From Candidatus Omnitrophota bacterium (lineage in GTDB: Bacteria > Omnitrophota > Gorgyraeia > Duberdicusellales > Duberdicusellaceae), in contig JAFGCB010000027.1 of the NCBI GenBank assembly GCA_016932855.1, positions 2,721 to 66,720 on the forward strand: a DNA stretch of 64,000 nucleotides, given 5' to 3'. This document shows positions 20,608 through 29,485 of the stretch, one piece after another. Both the position numbers and the translations under genes were made by a program. Every line of letters begins with the position of its first letter. Within the stretch, counting starts at the first letter, position 1. Below the pieces are notes generated by a model. It was not told where the DNA came from, searched no databases, and saw nothing but the letters and a program-made list of their open reading frames with translations.

Positions 20608-21260
20608 TAAGAAGCATGACCGGCTTTGTGACCAAGAGGATATTCCTTGCCGGGCCGAAAGAGCTGGCGATAAACATCCGGTCTTTAAACTTTAAGTATT
20701 TGGACATACATATTTCCCGGGTTCCTTGGGGCCTGGAGGAACTCGAGAAGGTCATATATGAAACAGTGATTAAAAAGATTAAAAGGGGAAGGCTGGACAT
20801 AACCATAAGCCTGAGCCAGGATAATATTAATAAGCCTTTGTCTGTAAAGAAGTTAAAGATAAAAAAAGCCTTTAGAGAAGCCCTGGAAGAACTCCTGGAA
20901 TTTAAAGAGCTCCAAGGGTCGCTCATAAAAAAAGACATAAAAACCATAACTTCGGCTCTTAAAAAAAGGAGCCAGTTTTTTTTAAAGTACTCAAAGAGGA
21001 TAGCCCAGAAGAAGCCGGAATCAGCGAAAGACATATTTGAGGAAGTTTCCCTTATAAACTTTTACCTGGGGCACCTGGATAAGATTTTAGATAAAGAGAA
21101 GGGCGAGTTGGGCAAGATTTTGGATTTTCTTTCCCAGGAGCTTTTGAGGGAAACCAATACTGTCTTGGCCAAAGTAAAAGACAGACAATTTTCCTTAGAG
21201 GCGGTTTACTTCAAAGAAGAGATTGATAGGCTCAGAGAGTTGGCCCAGAATATTGAATAG
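20604..21260 (+). CDS. YicC family stress-induced protein (YicC_N + DUF1732)
   Basis: Starts MIRSMTGF (canonical YicC N-terminus). C-terminal ...LLRETNTV...IDRLRELAQNIE resembles DUF1732. Confidence 0.7.
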   Translation: MIRSMTGFVTKRIFLAGPKELAINIRSLNFKYLDIHISRVPWGLEELEKVIYETVIKKIKRGRLDITISLSQDNINKPLSVKKLKIKKAFREALEELLEFKELQGSLIKKDIKTITSALKKRSQFFLKYSKRIAQKKPESAKDIFEEVSLINFYLGHLDKILDKEKGELGKILDFLSQELLRETNTVLAKVKDRQFSLEAVYFKEEIDRLRELAQNIE

Positions 21261-21270
21261 AGAGTACGGA

Positions 21271-21528
21271 GTGCAGAGAAGAAGCAGAGGCGTGGAGATA
21301 ATTAATTTAGGCTATAATAACGCGGTTTTGAAAAATAGAGTGGTGACAATAGTAAGCGTGGGCGCAAACCCCGTAAAGAGGCTTATAGAAGCAGCCAAGA
21401 AAGAGAATAAATTGATCGATGCCACCTCTGGCCGGAAAACCCGGAGCCTCGTAGTCACGGATGCCGGCTTTTTCATTCTTTCTTCGCTTCAGCCCCAAAG
21501 GCTTATAGAGAGGGTCGGGCAGAGTTAG
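21271..21528 (+). CDS. DUF370 protein (RemA/YlzA family)
   Basis: ...VTIVSVGANPVKRLIEAAKKENKLIDATSGRKTRSLVVTDAGFFILSSLQP matches the RemA conserved core. Likely a GTG start (21271 or 21292) just after the yicC stop. yicC-DUF370-gmk-rpoZ synteny as in Firmicutes. Confidence 0.65.
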   Translation: MQRRSRGVEIINLGYNNAVLKNRVVTIVSVGANPVKRLIEAAKKENKLIDATSGRKTRSLVVTDAGFFILSSLQPQRLIERVGQS

Positions 21529-21632
21529 GTGAAGACGTCTTTTAATACAAGGCCTCGGTCATTGCGCAAGGCAAAAGTCTATAATAAAGTCTGGCTTGGA
21601 CAATCCGAAATTATGGCAAGAAGCAATAGGGT

Positions 21633-22205
21633 ATGAAGACAAAGATTTTTGTCGTATCCGGCCCTTCGGGTTCAGGCAAAACCAGTATTCTTAAAGCTTT
21701 GTTCAGGCGGAAAAAAATCAAGCGAAATTTTCTAATAATTCCTACCTGCACCACCCGGTCTCCCCGCAGAGGCGAAAAAGAAGCTGTAGATTATCATTTC
21801 TTGACCAGAGACAATTTTCAGGCCCTTAAAAAAAGAGGTTTTTTCCTGGAAAGTAAGAAATTTTTGCAGGATTTTTACGGAACGCCCAAAAGCTTTCTTA
21901 GCCAGGCCAGGAGGCAGAAAAAACATCCTTTGCTTTGCATAGACGTGGAAGGCGCTTTAAAAGTAAAGAAAAAATTTAGGCAGAGAAGCGTTCTTGTTTT
22001 CATAGATGTGCCTTCCGACAAGGCCCTTAAGGCAAGGTTGAAAAAAAGAAAGACTGAAAAGCAAGCTGTTTTAAAAAAAAGATTGCGTATTGCTAAAAAG
22101 GAAGTAAAATATGCAACAAAATACCATTACCGCATAGTAAATGAGAATTTCAAAGACACCGTGGATGTCTTGGAAGATATTTTTTTAAAAGAAACCCCGT
22201 CTTAA
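21633..22205 (+). CDS. gmk: Guanylate kinase
   Basis: P-loop VVSGPSGSGKTS, 190 aa. Confidence 0.8.
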   Translation: MKTKIFVVSGPSGSGKTSILKALFRRKKIKRNFLIIPTCTTRSPRRGEKEAVDYHFLTRDNFQALKKRGFFLESKKFLQDFYGTPKSFLSQARRQKKHPLLCIDVEGALKVKKKFRQRSVLVFIDVPSDKALKARLKKRKTEKQAVLKKRLRIAKKEVKYATKYHYRIVNENFKDTVDVLEDIFLKETPS

Positions 22206-22222
22206 AATACAAGGAGTAAAGA

Positions 22223-22441
22223 GTGAGTTACATTCCTTTGGAGAAGTGTCTTGACAACAGCGGAGGCTCTATTTATAAGTTAACAGTAATGGTGGCAAAG
22301 CGGGCTCAGGAATTAGCGGAGGGGGCAAAACCTCTCGCTGAAAGCACGGAAGCGCTTGATCAGAAGCCCATACGTATGGCCTTAAAAGAGGTTGTACAAG
22401 GCTATTTGAAGGCGGAAAAGGTTAAGGCTCCAAAGGCTTAG
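22223..22441 (+). CDS. rpoZ: DNA-directed RNA polymerase subunit omega
   Basis: 72 aa; ...NSGGSIYKLTVMVAKRAQEL... typical omega core. Confidence 0.7.
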   Translation: MSYIPLEKCLDNSGGSIYKLTVMVAKRAQELAEGAKPLAESTEALDQKPIRMALKEVVQGYLKAEKVKAPKA

Positions 22442-22459
22442 CCGCCTGTTTTGCATAGC

Positions 22460-22531
22460 GGCGCGGTAGCCAAGTGGTAAGGCGGCGGTCTGCAAAATCG
22501 CTATGCGCCGGTTCGAGTCCGGCCCGCGCCT
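22460..22531 (+). tRNA. tRNA-Cys (anticodon GCA)
   Basis: Acceptor GGCGCGG/CCGCGCC, anticodon loop CTGCAAA, T-loop GCCGG-TTCGAGT-CCGGC. No encoded CCA. Confidence 0.85.
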
Positions 22532-22593
22532 TTAATAGCTAATGGCGTATAGCTAATAGCAAATCCTATACACTTTCAACTATAAGCTATTTA

Positions 22594-22678
22594 GCCGGAG
22601 TGTTGGAATGGCAGACAAAACGGACTTAAAATCCGTTGTCTCGTAAGGGGCGTGTGGGTTCAAGTCCCACCTCCGGCA
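22594..22678 (+). tRNA. tRNA-Leu (anticodon TAA), class II with long variable arm
   Basis: Acceptor GCCGGAG/CTCCGGC, anticodon loop CTTAAAA, variable arm GTCTCGTAAGGGGCG, T-loop GTGGG-TTCAAGT-CCCAC. Confidence 0.85.
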
Positions 22679-22764
22679 TCCGATTAGTTATGCCTGGTTA
22701 GTAATGGGTGATGAGTATTATTCTTTACGCATTACCCATAACGCATTACGCGTTACGCAGAAAA

Positions 22765-22842
<78 letters not shown>

Positions 22843-22889
22843 TTAAAATTAACGGATTAAAGGATTAACTGATTAACGGATTAGATTAA

Positions 22890-24623
22890 TTGATCAAGGA
22901 AATGGAGACCAGGAACATAGAGGCATTGCGACATTCGTGCTCGCATATTATGGCCGGGGCGGTAAAAAAGCTTTATCCCGAAGCTAAATTAGGAATTGGC
23001 CCGGCGATAGAGAACGGTTTCTACTACGATTTTGATATACCCCGGGGATTAAAAGAGGAAGATTTGGCAAGAATAGAGAAGCTTATGCGCCAAATCGTAA
23101 AAGAAGGCCAGCCTTTTATTCATGAGGAATGGGATTCCGAGAGGGCCTCGGATTTTTTCCGAAAGCAGGGCGAGAAGTACAAGCTTGAGCTCATAAAGGA
23201 CCTAAGCTCCGCCAAGGTTTCTATTTATAAACATGACGATTTTGTTGATCTGTGCAAAGGCCCTCACCTCGGCTCTACCAAGGAAGTTAAGTATTTCAAG
23301 CTTCTTTCCACAGCCGGAGCTTATTGGAAAGGCCTGGAGACCAACCCTCAGCTTGTGCGCATTTATGGCACGGCTTTTTTTACCAAGGACGAGCTTGACA
23401 AGCATCTTAATCAAATCGAAGAAGCAAAAGCCAGGGATCACAGAAAGCTCGGGCCTCTTCTTAGATTGTTTGATATCTATCACGATGAATCCGGAGCGGG
23501 CCTTGTGTTTTATCTCGAAAGAGGCGCGGTTTTGCGGAGAATCATTGAAGATTGGGAAATAAAAGAGCATTTAAAAAGAGATTACCAGCTTGTTGTTACG
23601 CCTAATATTTTGGAAAGCAAGCTCTGGGCGAGAAGCGGGCATCTGGATTATTATAAGGAACTCATGTATTTAATAGAAGATGAGCAAGTTTCTTATGCTG
23701 TAAAGCCCATGAACTGCCCGGGCCACATGCTTATTTACAAGTCAAAGATAAGAAGCTATAGAGATTTGCCTTTAAGGCTTTTTGAGTTGGGAACGGTATA
23801 TAGGAAAGAAAAGAGCGGCGTCTTGCACGGACTTTTGAGGCTCAGGGGATTTACTCAGGATGATGCGCATATATTTTGCAGACAGCCTCAGTTGGAACAG
23901 GAGATAGGCGGGGTTTTGCAGTTTATAAAGGAAGCCATGGCGAAGTTCGGATTTAGCGATTTCAACGCCGAGCTAAGCACTCGGCCGGAAAGTTTTATAG
24001 GCAAGGAAGAGACTTGGGAGAAGGCCGAACAGATACTGGAGAGGATTTTAAAAGCCCAGAATCTTTCTTATCGGGTCTGCAGAGGAGAAGGAGCTTTTTA
24101 CGGTCCGAAAATAGATATAAAATTAAATGATGCCCTCGGCCGAAGCTGGCAATGCGCGACAGTCCAGCTCGATTTTTCTTTACCTTCGCGTTTTGGTTTA
24201 TATTATATTGACGAGAAAGGCCAGAAGCAGACACCGATTATGATCCACCGGGTTATTTTAGGGAGCCTCGAGCGCTTCCTGGCCACTCTTATTGAACATT
24301 ACAAAGGAGCTTTTCCTTTGTGGCTTGCCCCCCTGCAGGTAAAAGTACTTTCTTTAAAGACAAGCTGCATTGACTATGCCAATAGAGTAAGTTCTGCATT
24401 AAAAGAGGAATTTAGAGTAGAGGCTGACGTGAGGGAAGAGACTCTTTCCAAGAAAATCAGAGAGGCCCAGATAGAAAAGGTGCCGTTTATTGTTGTAGTG
24501 GGCGAGAAAGAGATAGAGGATAATACCGTAAACGTAAGAACGCGCCAGGGCAAACAGCTCGGCGCCATGAAGATCGAAGAATTTGCCGGGCTCATGAGAA
24601 GCGAGCTTGCCCGGAGTGAGTGA
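22890..24623 (+). CDS. thrS: Threonine--tRNA ligase (lacks N-terminal TGS domain)
   Basis: 577 aa starting at the N2 editing-domain motif RHSCSHIMAGAV. Class II catalytic core and C-terminal anticodon-binding domain. Confidence 0.9.
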   Translation: MIKEMETRNIEALRHSCSHIMAGAVKKLYPEAKLGIGPAIENGFYYDFDIPRGLKEEDLARIEKLMRQIVKEGQPFIHEEWDSERASDFFRKQGEKYKLELIKDLSSAKVSIYKHDDFVDLCKGPHLGSTKEVKYFKLLSTAGAYWKGLETNPQLVRIYGTAFFTKDELDKHLNQIEEAKARDHRKLGPLLRLFDIYHDESGAGLVFYLERGAVLRRIIEDWEIKEHLKRDYQLVVTPNILESKLWARSGHLDYYKELMYLIEDEQVSYAVKPMNCPGHMLIYKSKIRSYRDLPLRLFELGTVYRKEKSGVLHGLLRLRGFTQDDAHIFCRQPQLEQEIGGVLQFIKEAMAKFGFSDFNAELSTRPESFIGKEETWEKAEQILERILKAQNLSYRVCRGEGAFYGPKIDIKLNDALGRSWQCATVQLDFSLPSRFGLYYIDEKGQKQTPIMIHRVILGSLERFLATLIEHYKGAFPLWLAPLQVKVLSLKTSCIDYANRVSSALKEEFRVEADVREETLSKKIREAQIEKVPFIVVVGEKEIEDNTVNVRTRQGKQLGAMKIEEFAGLMRSELARSE

Positions 24624-24703
24624 TTTTTTCCGGATAGGTTGCTCTGTGTAAATAGAAAACAAATAAGATCCTTCGGACGCCTTGCGTCCTCAGGATCAAT
24701 TCC

Positions 24704-24746
24704 GACATAGACTTACGGAGGCAGAATGCCGAGGTAAGTCTATGTC
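24704..24746 (+). promoter_or_regulatory. infC translational-control hairpin: perfect 13-bp inverted repeat GACATAGACTTAC...GTAAGTCTATGTC with GGAGG in the 17-nt loop and the infC ATG inside the 3' arm
   Basis: Left arm 24704-24716, loop GGAGGCAGAATGCCGAG, right arm 24734-24746. The ATG at 24742 is within the right arm. Confidence 0.55.
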
Positions 24747-25272
24747 GTCATTGAAAGGAGGAGTTATTAGAAAGAGCGTACGAATAAATGAGGATATAAG
24801 AAGTTACACTATAAGGGTAATCGGCCCCAAGGGAGAACAGCTGGGGATACTAAGCCTTAAGGATGCTCTCAAGAAGTCCGAAGAATTCGATTTAGATTTA
24901 GTTGAAGTCGCCTCCAGCGCAACCCCGCCCGTATGCAGAATAATGGATTTTTCAAAATATAAATATGAACAGGAGAAGCGCGAAAGAGAGGCGAAGAAAC
25001 ACAGCAAGGCAGGGCACATAAAAGAAGTGCGCTTCAGGCCCTCCATAGACGAACATGATTATCAAACCAAGATAGGACACGCCAAGAAGTTTTTAGAAAA
25101 AGGCAATAAGGTAAGGGTTCGTCTTTTTTTCAGGGGCAGGGAGATGGCCCATCAGGAGATAGGTAAATTTCTAATGGAGCGGATCACCAAGGAGCTGGCT
25201 TCGGTGGCGAAGATCGATAAACCCGCCAGGCAGATCAACAGGATAATAATAATGGTTCTGGGGCCGAAATAA
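24742..25272 (+). CDS. infC: Translation initiation factor IF-3
   Basis: MSSLKGGVIRKSVRINEDIRSYTIRVIGPKGEQLGI... typical IF3 N- and C-domains. The track ORF start at 24682 has no plausible RBS; ATG at 24742 chosen. Confidence 0.85.
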   Translation: MSSLKGGVIRKSVRINEDIRSYTIRVIGPKGEQLGILSLKDALKKSEEFDLDLVEVASSATPPVCRIMDFSKYKYEQEKREREAKKHSKAGHIKEVRFRPSIDEHDYQTKIGHAKKFLEKGNKVRVRLFFRGREMAHQEIGKFLMERITKELASVAKIDKPARQINRIIIMVLGPK

Positions 25273-25304
25273 CCTTTAAAACTTAGAAATTAACAATAGC
25301 CGAT

Positions 25305-25505
25305 ATGAAAAAGAAACTGAAAACCAAAAAGGCGCTGGCCAAGAGAGTAAAGATTACAAAAAGAGGCAAGATCTTAAGGAGGAAAGGTGGTAAGTCCCAT
25401 CTTCTTTCGGGCAAGTCCAGCAAGAGAAAAAGATCGTTAAGGAAGGCCACCTTAGTCAGCAAAGGGCACTTAAAGAAAGTAAAGAGAAGTCTGCCTTACG
25501 GTTGA
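25305..25505 (+). CDS. rpmI: 50S ribosomal protein L35
   Basis: MKKKLKTKKALAKRVKITKRGKILRRKGGKSHLL... Confidence 0.9.
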   Translation: MKKKLKTKKALAKRVKITKRGKILRRKGGKSHLLSGKSSKRKRSLRKATLVSKGHLKKVKRSLPYG

Positions 25506-25749
25506 TTCCGGAAAGAAGGCCGGTTTTTACAGGACGTAAGAAGCAGTTAATTTCCCCGCGCCTCTTTAAGGGTTCGGGGTCATTCAAGATTTTTCGCCCC
25601 CTCGGAAATACTCGGGGTCGAACACCGAGCGAATGCGAATGTGTTCAAAGGATGCTGAAGCGGAGCGAAGTACTGGATCGATCCCCCGCACCTTTGAATC
25701 ATTAATTATTAATAAAACAAAGGTTGAGGGTCATTGAAGGAGGAAAGAC

Positions 25750-26100
25750 ATGAGTAGAGCTTCCAGCGGTGTTCCGCGCAAGAGGAGAACAAAAAAGATA
25801 CTTAAAGCCGTAAAGGGCGCAAAGCTTGAAAGAAGCAAGAATTTGCGCCGAGCCAAAGAGACCTTAAAAAGAGCCCTTGCTTACTCTTACAGGGACAGGA
25901 AGGTAAAAAAAAGAGAGTTCCGCTCCCTCTGGATTACCCGGATTAATGCCGCCACCAGAGAAAGAGGGATAACTTACAGCAGGTTTATAGGCGGCTTAAA
26001 GAAAAATAAGATAGAGCTTTCGCGCGATATGCTTTGCCGTCTGGCAATAGAGGAACCCAAGGCCTTTGACGCTTTGGTTGATATCGCAAAAAGCGGCTAA
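25750..26100 (+). CDS. rplT: 50S ribosomal protein L20
   Basis: 116 aa; ...RRAKETLKRALAYSYRDRKVKKREFRSLWITRINAATRERGITYSRFIGGLKK... Strong GAAGGAGG SD. Confidence 0.9.
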   Translation: MSRASSGVPRKRRTKKILKAVKGAKLERSKNLRRAKETLKRALAYSYRDRKVKKREFRSLWITRINAATRERGITYSRFIGGLKKNKIELSRDMLCRLAIEEPKAFDALVDIAKSG

Positions 26101-26185
26101 ATTTATATAGCCTCAAGGCCTGTTTTTACTTTCGGCCTTAGATTACAGGGCTCTTTCGAAAACTCTAAATCGATAATCGTAAGAT

Positions 26186-26587
26186 ATGTATATAATAATA
26201 GTTGGCTGTGGAAGCGTGGGGGCCAAATTAGCCCAGGATTTTTCTTTAAGTAGAGACAATGTTGTGGTAATCGATAAAAGCAGGAAAGCCCTAGGCAGGC
26301 TAAGCGTCCCTTTTAACGGCCGGACCCTTATCGGCGACGCCATGGATCTAAAGATTTTGCAAGAGTCGGGAATTAGTTCCTGCGACGCCATTTTCGTTCT
26401 TACCGGCAACGAGAATTTTAATTTAGTCTTAGGTCAAATAGCCCAGAAGATGTTTAAGGTAAAAAAAGTCATTGTTCAAATGTTCAGCTTTTCCAAGGAA
26501 GAGGCTTTTAAGAAGAAAGACCTGGTTATTATTAACAGGACCAATCTTTTCTTGGGCAGGTTTAAAGAGTGTATATATAAAAAATAA
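26186..26587 (+). CDS. TrkA-N (RCK_N) domain protein, standalone NAD-binding regulatory subunit
   Basis: MYIIIVGCGSVGAKLAQ Rossmann motif. 133 aa without an RCK_C domain. Confidence 0.65.
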   Translation: MYIIIVGCGSVGAKLAQDFSLSRDNVVVIDKSRKALGRLSVPFNGRTLIGDAMDLKILQESGISSCDAIFVLTGNENFNLVLGQIAQKMFKVKKVIVQMFSFSKEEAFKKKDLVIINRTNLFLGRFKECIYKK

Positions 26588-26699
26588 AGCGCAGCCAATA
26601 CGTTCAGTATTCTAATTGCTGAATGGGTGACGCAAGACGATAGCCACCGAACGATAGCCGTTTCGAGCTACGCTAGCGTTCGACGAAGAAGGGGTTGAC

Positions 26700-27362
26700 A
26701 TGTACATAGTTATTATAGGGGCTGGCAACATAGGCTTTTTCTTGGCCCACAAACTTATCGCCGATAAACACCAGGTGTGTTTTATTGAAAAGGACGAGCA
26801 CAGGGCGGAAGAGATAGCCCAGACTACTTCTATACCGGTTCTTCAGGGGGACGGTACAGAGCCCCGTATTTTGCAAGAGGCCCGGATAGATAAGGCCGAC
26901 AGCGCCGTGGCTTTAACATCTTTCGACGAAGTAAATATAATATCCTGCCAGATTGCCAAAGAGGTTTTTAAGGTAAAACGAACAATAGCTAAAGTAAACG
27001 ATCCTAAAAACGTAAAAATATTTTCGAGCTTGGGGGTGGACGTTCCTATTGATTCCACATCAATACTGTCACGCATCGTAGAGGAGGAGGCGTCGTTTAC
27101 CGACTTCGTGAACCTTTTAAGCATAAAGAAAGGAAAGCTTTCGATAGTAAGACTTGATTTACCCGAACAGTCGCCGGCAATCAATAGAAAAATAAAAGAT
27201 ATAAAACTTCCCGATGATACGGTTCTGGTTTCTATCCTGAGGCAAGACGAGGTAATTATCCCCAAGGGCGATACAGTCCTTCTTTTAGGGGACGAGGTCG
27301 TCGCCATCACCAATATTGAAAGACAGAAAGATTTAATAAGCACTTTGTTAGGAAAGATATGA
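26700..27362 (+). CDS. trkA: Trk/Ktr potassium uptake regulatory subunit (RCK_N + RCK_C)
   Basis: MYIVIIGAGNIGFFLA Rossmann motif. C-terminal TrkA-C region (LSIVRLDLPEQSPAINRKIKDIKLPDDTVLVSILR). Confidence 0.8.
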   Translation: MYIVIIGAGNIGFFLAHKLIADKHQVCFIEKDEHRAEEIAQTTSIPVLQGDGTEPRILQEARIDKADSAVALTSFDEVNIISCQIAKEVFKVKRTIAKVNDPKNVKIFSSLGVDVPIDSTSILSRIVEEEASFTDFVNLLSIKKGKLSIVRLDLPEQSPAINRKIKDIKLPDDTVLVSILRQDEVIIPKGDTVLLLGDEVVAITNIERQKDLISTLLGKI

Positions 27363-27474
27363 GAGTGTTTTTCGGGGTTTTGGTAGAGGTTTTTTATTGC
27401 TTTGCGGTTATTCTCTGGGGACTGGCCTTAAGCTTTCTTGTCTTTAACATTTTCCAACTACACTTTTAAGCCCT

Positions 27475-28968
27475 ATGATTTTCTCTCCTACCAAAGATGA
27501 TCTTTCTTCTCTTCTGAACATCTTGGGCAAGCTTCTGTGCTTTTTGGGGCTGCTTCTTTTAATACCCGCGGCGATTGCCCGGCTTCTTGCCGAGCTTAAT
27601 CCTTTCTACGATTTTATAACAACCTTTTTTATATGCGAGTGCGCGGGCTTAATACTTTTGATTATCTTTCCTTTTAAGAAAGAGCCGGATTACTCCCTGG
27701 CTTTTCTCTTGGTGGCCTTTCTCTGGCTTCTTATCCCTTTTTTCGGAGCTTTGCCTTTGTGGTTTTCCGGTCATTTCGCCGGTTTTCTTGATGCCTTTTT
27801 CGATTCAATGAGCGGCTTTGCCACCACCGGATTATCAGTAATCCAGGATTTAGATCATCTGGCGCTTTCGGTAAACTTCTGGCGGCATTTTATTATGTTC
27901 TTGGGAGGCCAAGGGATTATTATAGTTGCCTTGTCCTTTGTAGCCAAAACCCCTGCTTACGGGCTAGGTCTCTATGTGGGGGAGGCCAGGGAAGAGAAGA
28001 TTTTGCCGAATATCATTTCTACGGCCAGATTTATCTGGACGGTAAGCCTTCTTTACTTTATATTGGGCAGCAGCGTTCTTTTTGCAGAGGCCTTAAGAGC
28101 AGGCCTTTCTTTTAAGAAAGCTTTGTTTCACAGCGTTTTTTTATTTATGGCAGCTTTTGATACCGGCGGATTTACTCCCCAGTCAATGAACGTAAGCTAT
28201 TACCACAGTCTGACTATTGAATTAACAACGGTTGTGCTTATGATTTTAGGTTCGTTTAATTTTAACCTTCATTATTTTCTTTGGATGCGAAGAAAGAAAG
28301 AGGTAATAGAAAATATTGAGACGCGCACCTTCCTTGTAACATTCAGCCTGCTTTTTTTGGTTTTAAACATAGATCTGCTTTCCAAAATGAACCTTTCTTT
28401 TATAGAGCTGTTTCGTAAAGGCTTTTACCAGGTTATCACTGCCCATACCGGCTGCGGTTTTTCCAACATTTCTATCTCGCAGCTTAAGGCCTGGCCGAAA
28501 GGGGCTTTAATCTTTATTACTCTGGCCATGGGCTTGGGCGGAGGAATCGGCTCTACTACCGGGGGAATAAAACTGATGAGGCTAGCTCTTTTAGGAAAAG
28601 CCGTGGTTTCAGAAGTTAAGTCCTGGATTTTCCCTTTGCGGGTAAGGGTCTACGAAAAGTATCACCACCTTCAAGATATGATTCTGGAGGATAAAAGAAT
28701 AAGGCTCGTTTTTATTGTCTTCTTCTTTTATATTGCCAGTTATTTTTTAGGCGCGGTTATAGGGGTGTTTTGCGGCTACCCCTTTTTAGAGTCTTTATTT
28801 GAGTCGACCTCTGCCTGTGCCAATGTCGGCCTTTCCGTCGGTATTACCTCCAGCTCCATGCCGGTTGCCTTAAAGATAACCTATATTATTCAAATGTGGG
28901 CGGGAAGGCTGGAGTTCGTATCTATTATTGCGGCTATGGGGCTTATTTTTTCTTCTTTCAAAAAATGA
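27475..28968 (+). CDS. trkH: Trk/Ktr potassium transporter membrane subunit
   Basis: 497 aa polytopic protein with repeated pore-loop GxG regions (ATTGLS, GGIGSTTGGIK, ACANVGLSVG). Confidence 0.85.
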   Translation: MIFSPTKDDLSSLLNILGKLLCFLGLLLLIPAAIARLLAELNPFYDFITTFFICECAGLILLIIFPFKKEPDYSLAFLLVAFLWLLIPFFGALPLWFSGHFAGFLDAFFDSMSGFATTGLSVIQDLDHLALSVNFWRHFIMFLGGQGIIIVALSFVAKTPAYGLGLYVGEAREEKILPNIISTARFIWTVSLLYFILGSSVLFAEALRAGLSFKKALFHSVFLFMAAFDTGGFTPQSMNVSYYHSLTIELTTVVLMILGSFNFNLHYFLWMRRKKEVIENIETRTFLVTFSLLFLVLNIDLLSKMNLSFIELFRKGFYQVITAHTGCGFSNISISQLKAWPKGALIFITLAMGLGGGIGSTTGGIKLMRLALLGKAVVSEVKSWIFPLRVRVYEKYHHLQDMILEDKRIRLVFIVFFFYIASYFLGAVIGVFCGYPFLESLFESTSACANVGLSVGITSSSMPVALKITYIIQMWAGRLEFVSIIAAMGLIFSSFKK

Positions 28969-29477
28969 ATATTATGGTAAGAATATTTATGGTAGGGCTG
29001 CCTTTGTTTTTGTTGGCCAGTTTTTCAGGCATTGCCCAAACCCTTTCTTTAGAACAATTGTTAGATAGCGCCCAGGCTTATGATAACAAAGAGATAGATG
29101 TTCAAGCTGAAGTTTTGGACAAACTTACTCAGGAGAAAGGCTACTGGCTTAATCTTGGGGATAAGGGGGTAAGCTTGGGGGTTTGGGTAGATAAAGAAAT
29201 AGAGATTTCTAATATCGCTCGTCCCGGCTCTTACGCCATTAACGGCGATATTATAAGGATACAAGGAGTTTTTCACTCTTCCTGTAAAGAGCACCTTGGT
29301 CAGACGGATATTCATGCTTACAGGATAAGTCTGGTAGAAGAAGGTTCTTTAAGAAAAGAGAGAGTTTTGCCCCACAAGAAGTTTTTCGCTATTGCCTGGC
29401 TTGTATCTTTTTTAGTAATTCTAGGGGTTTACTCGGCCAAAGAATTATTGGAAAAATCTAAAAGGCGCTCGCAATAA
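28965..29477 (+). CDS. Hypothetical exported protein with N-terminal signal peptide and C-terminal TM anchor
   Basis: MNIMVRIFMVGLPLFLLASFSGIAQT signal-like N-terminus. C-terminal hydrophobic AIAWLVSFLVILGVY. ATGA overlap with the trkH stop. No recognisable family. Confidence 0.45.
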   Translation: MNIMVRIFMVGLPLFLLASFSGIAQTLSLEQLLDSAQAYDNKEIDVQAEVLDKLTQEKGYWLNLGDKGVSLGVWVDKEIEISNIARPGSYAINGDIIRIQGVFHSSCKEHLGQTDIHAYRISLVEEGSLRKERVLPHKKFFAIAWLVSFLVILGVYSAKELLEKSKRRSQ

Positions 29478-29485
29478 GATTTTAG

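Noticed and set aside
20564-21034. Minus-strand 156-aa ORF
   Set aside because: Antisense within ndk/yicC; low-complexity Ser/Phe-rich.
22532-22764. Short direct repeats between the tRNAs (AGCTAAT x2; TTACGCATTAC / AACGCATTACGCGTTACGC)
   Set aside because: Irregular spacing and length; not CRISPR-like. Probably tRNA spacer low-complexity sequence or processing hairpins.
25502-25705. 67-aa ORF in the rpmI-rplT spacer
   Set aside because: Arg/Gly-rich low-complexity translation, no RBS, overlaps GC hairpins; more likely non-coding structured RNA.
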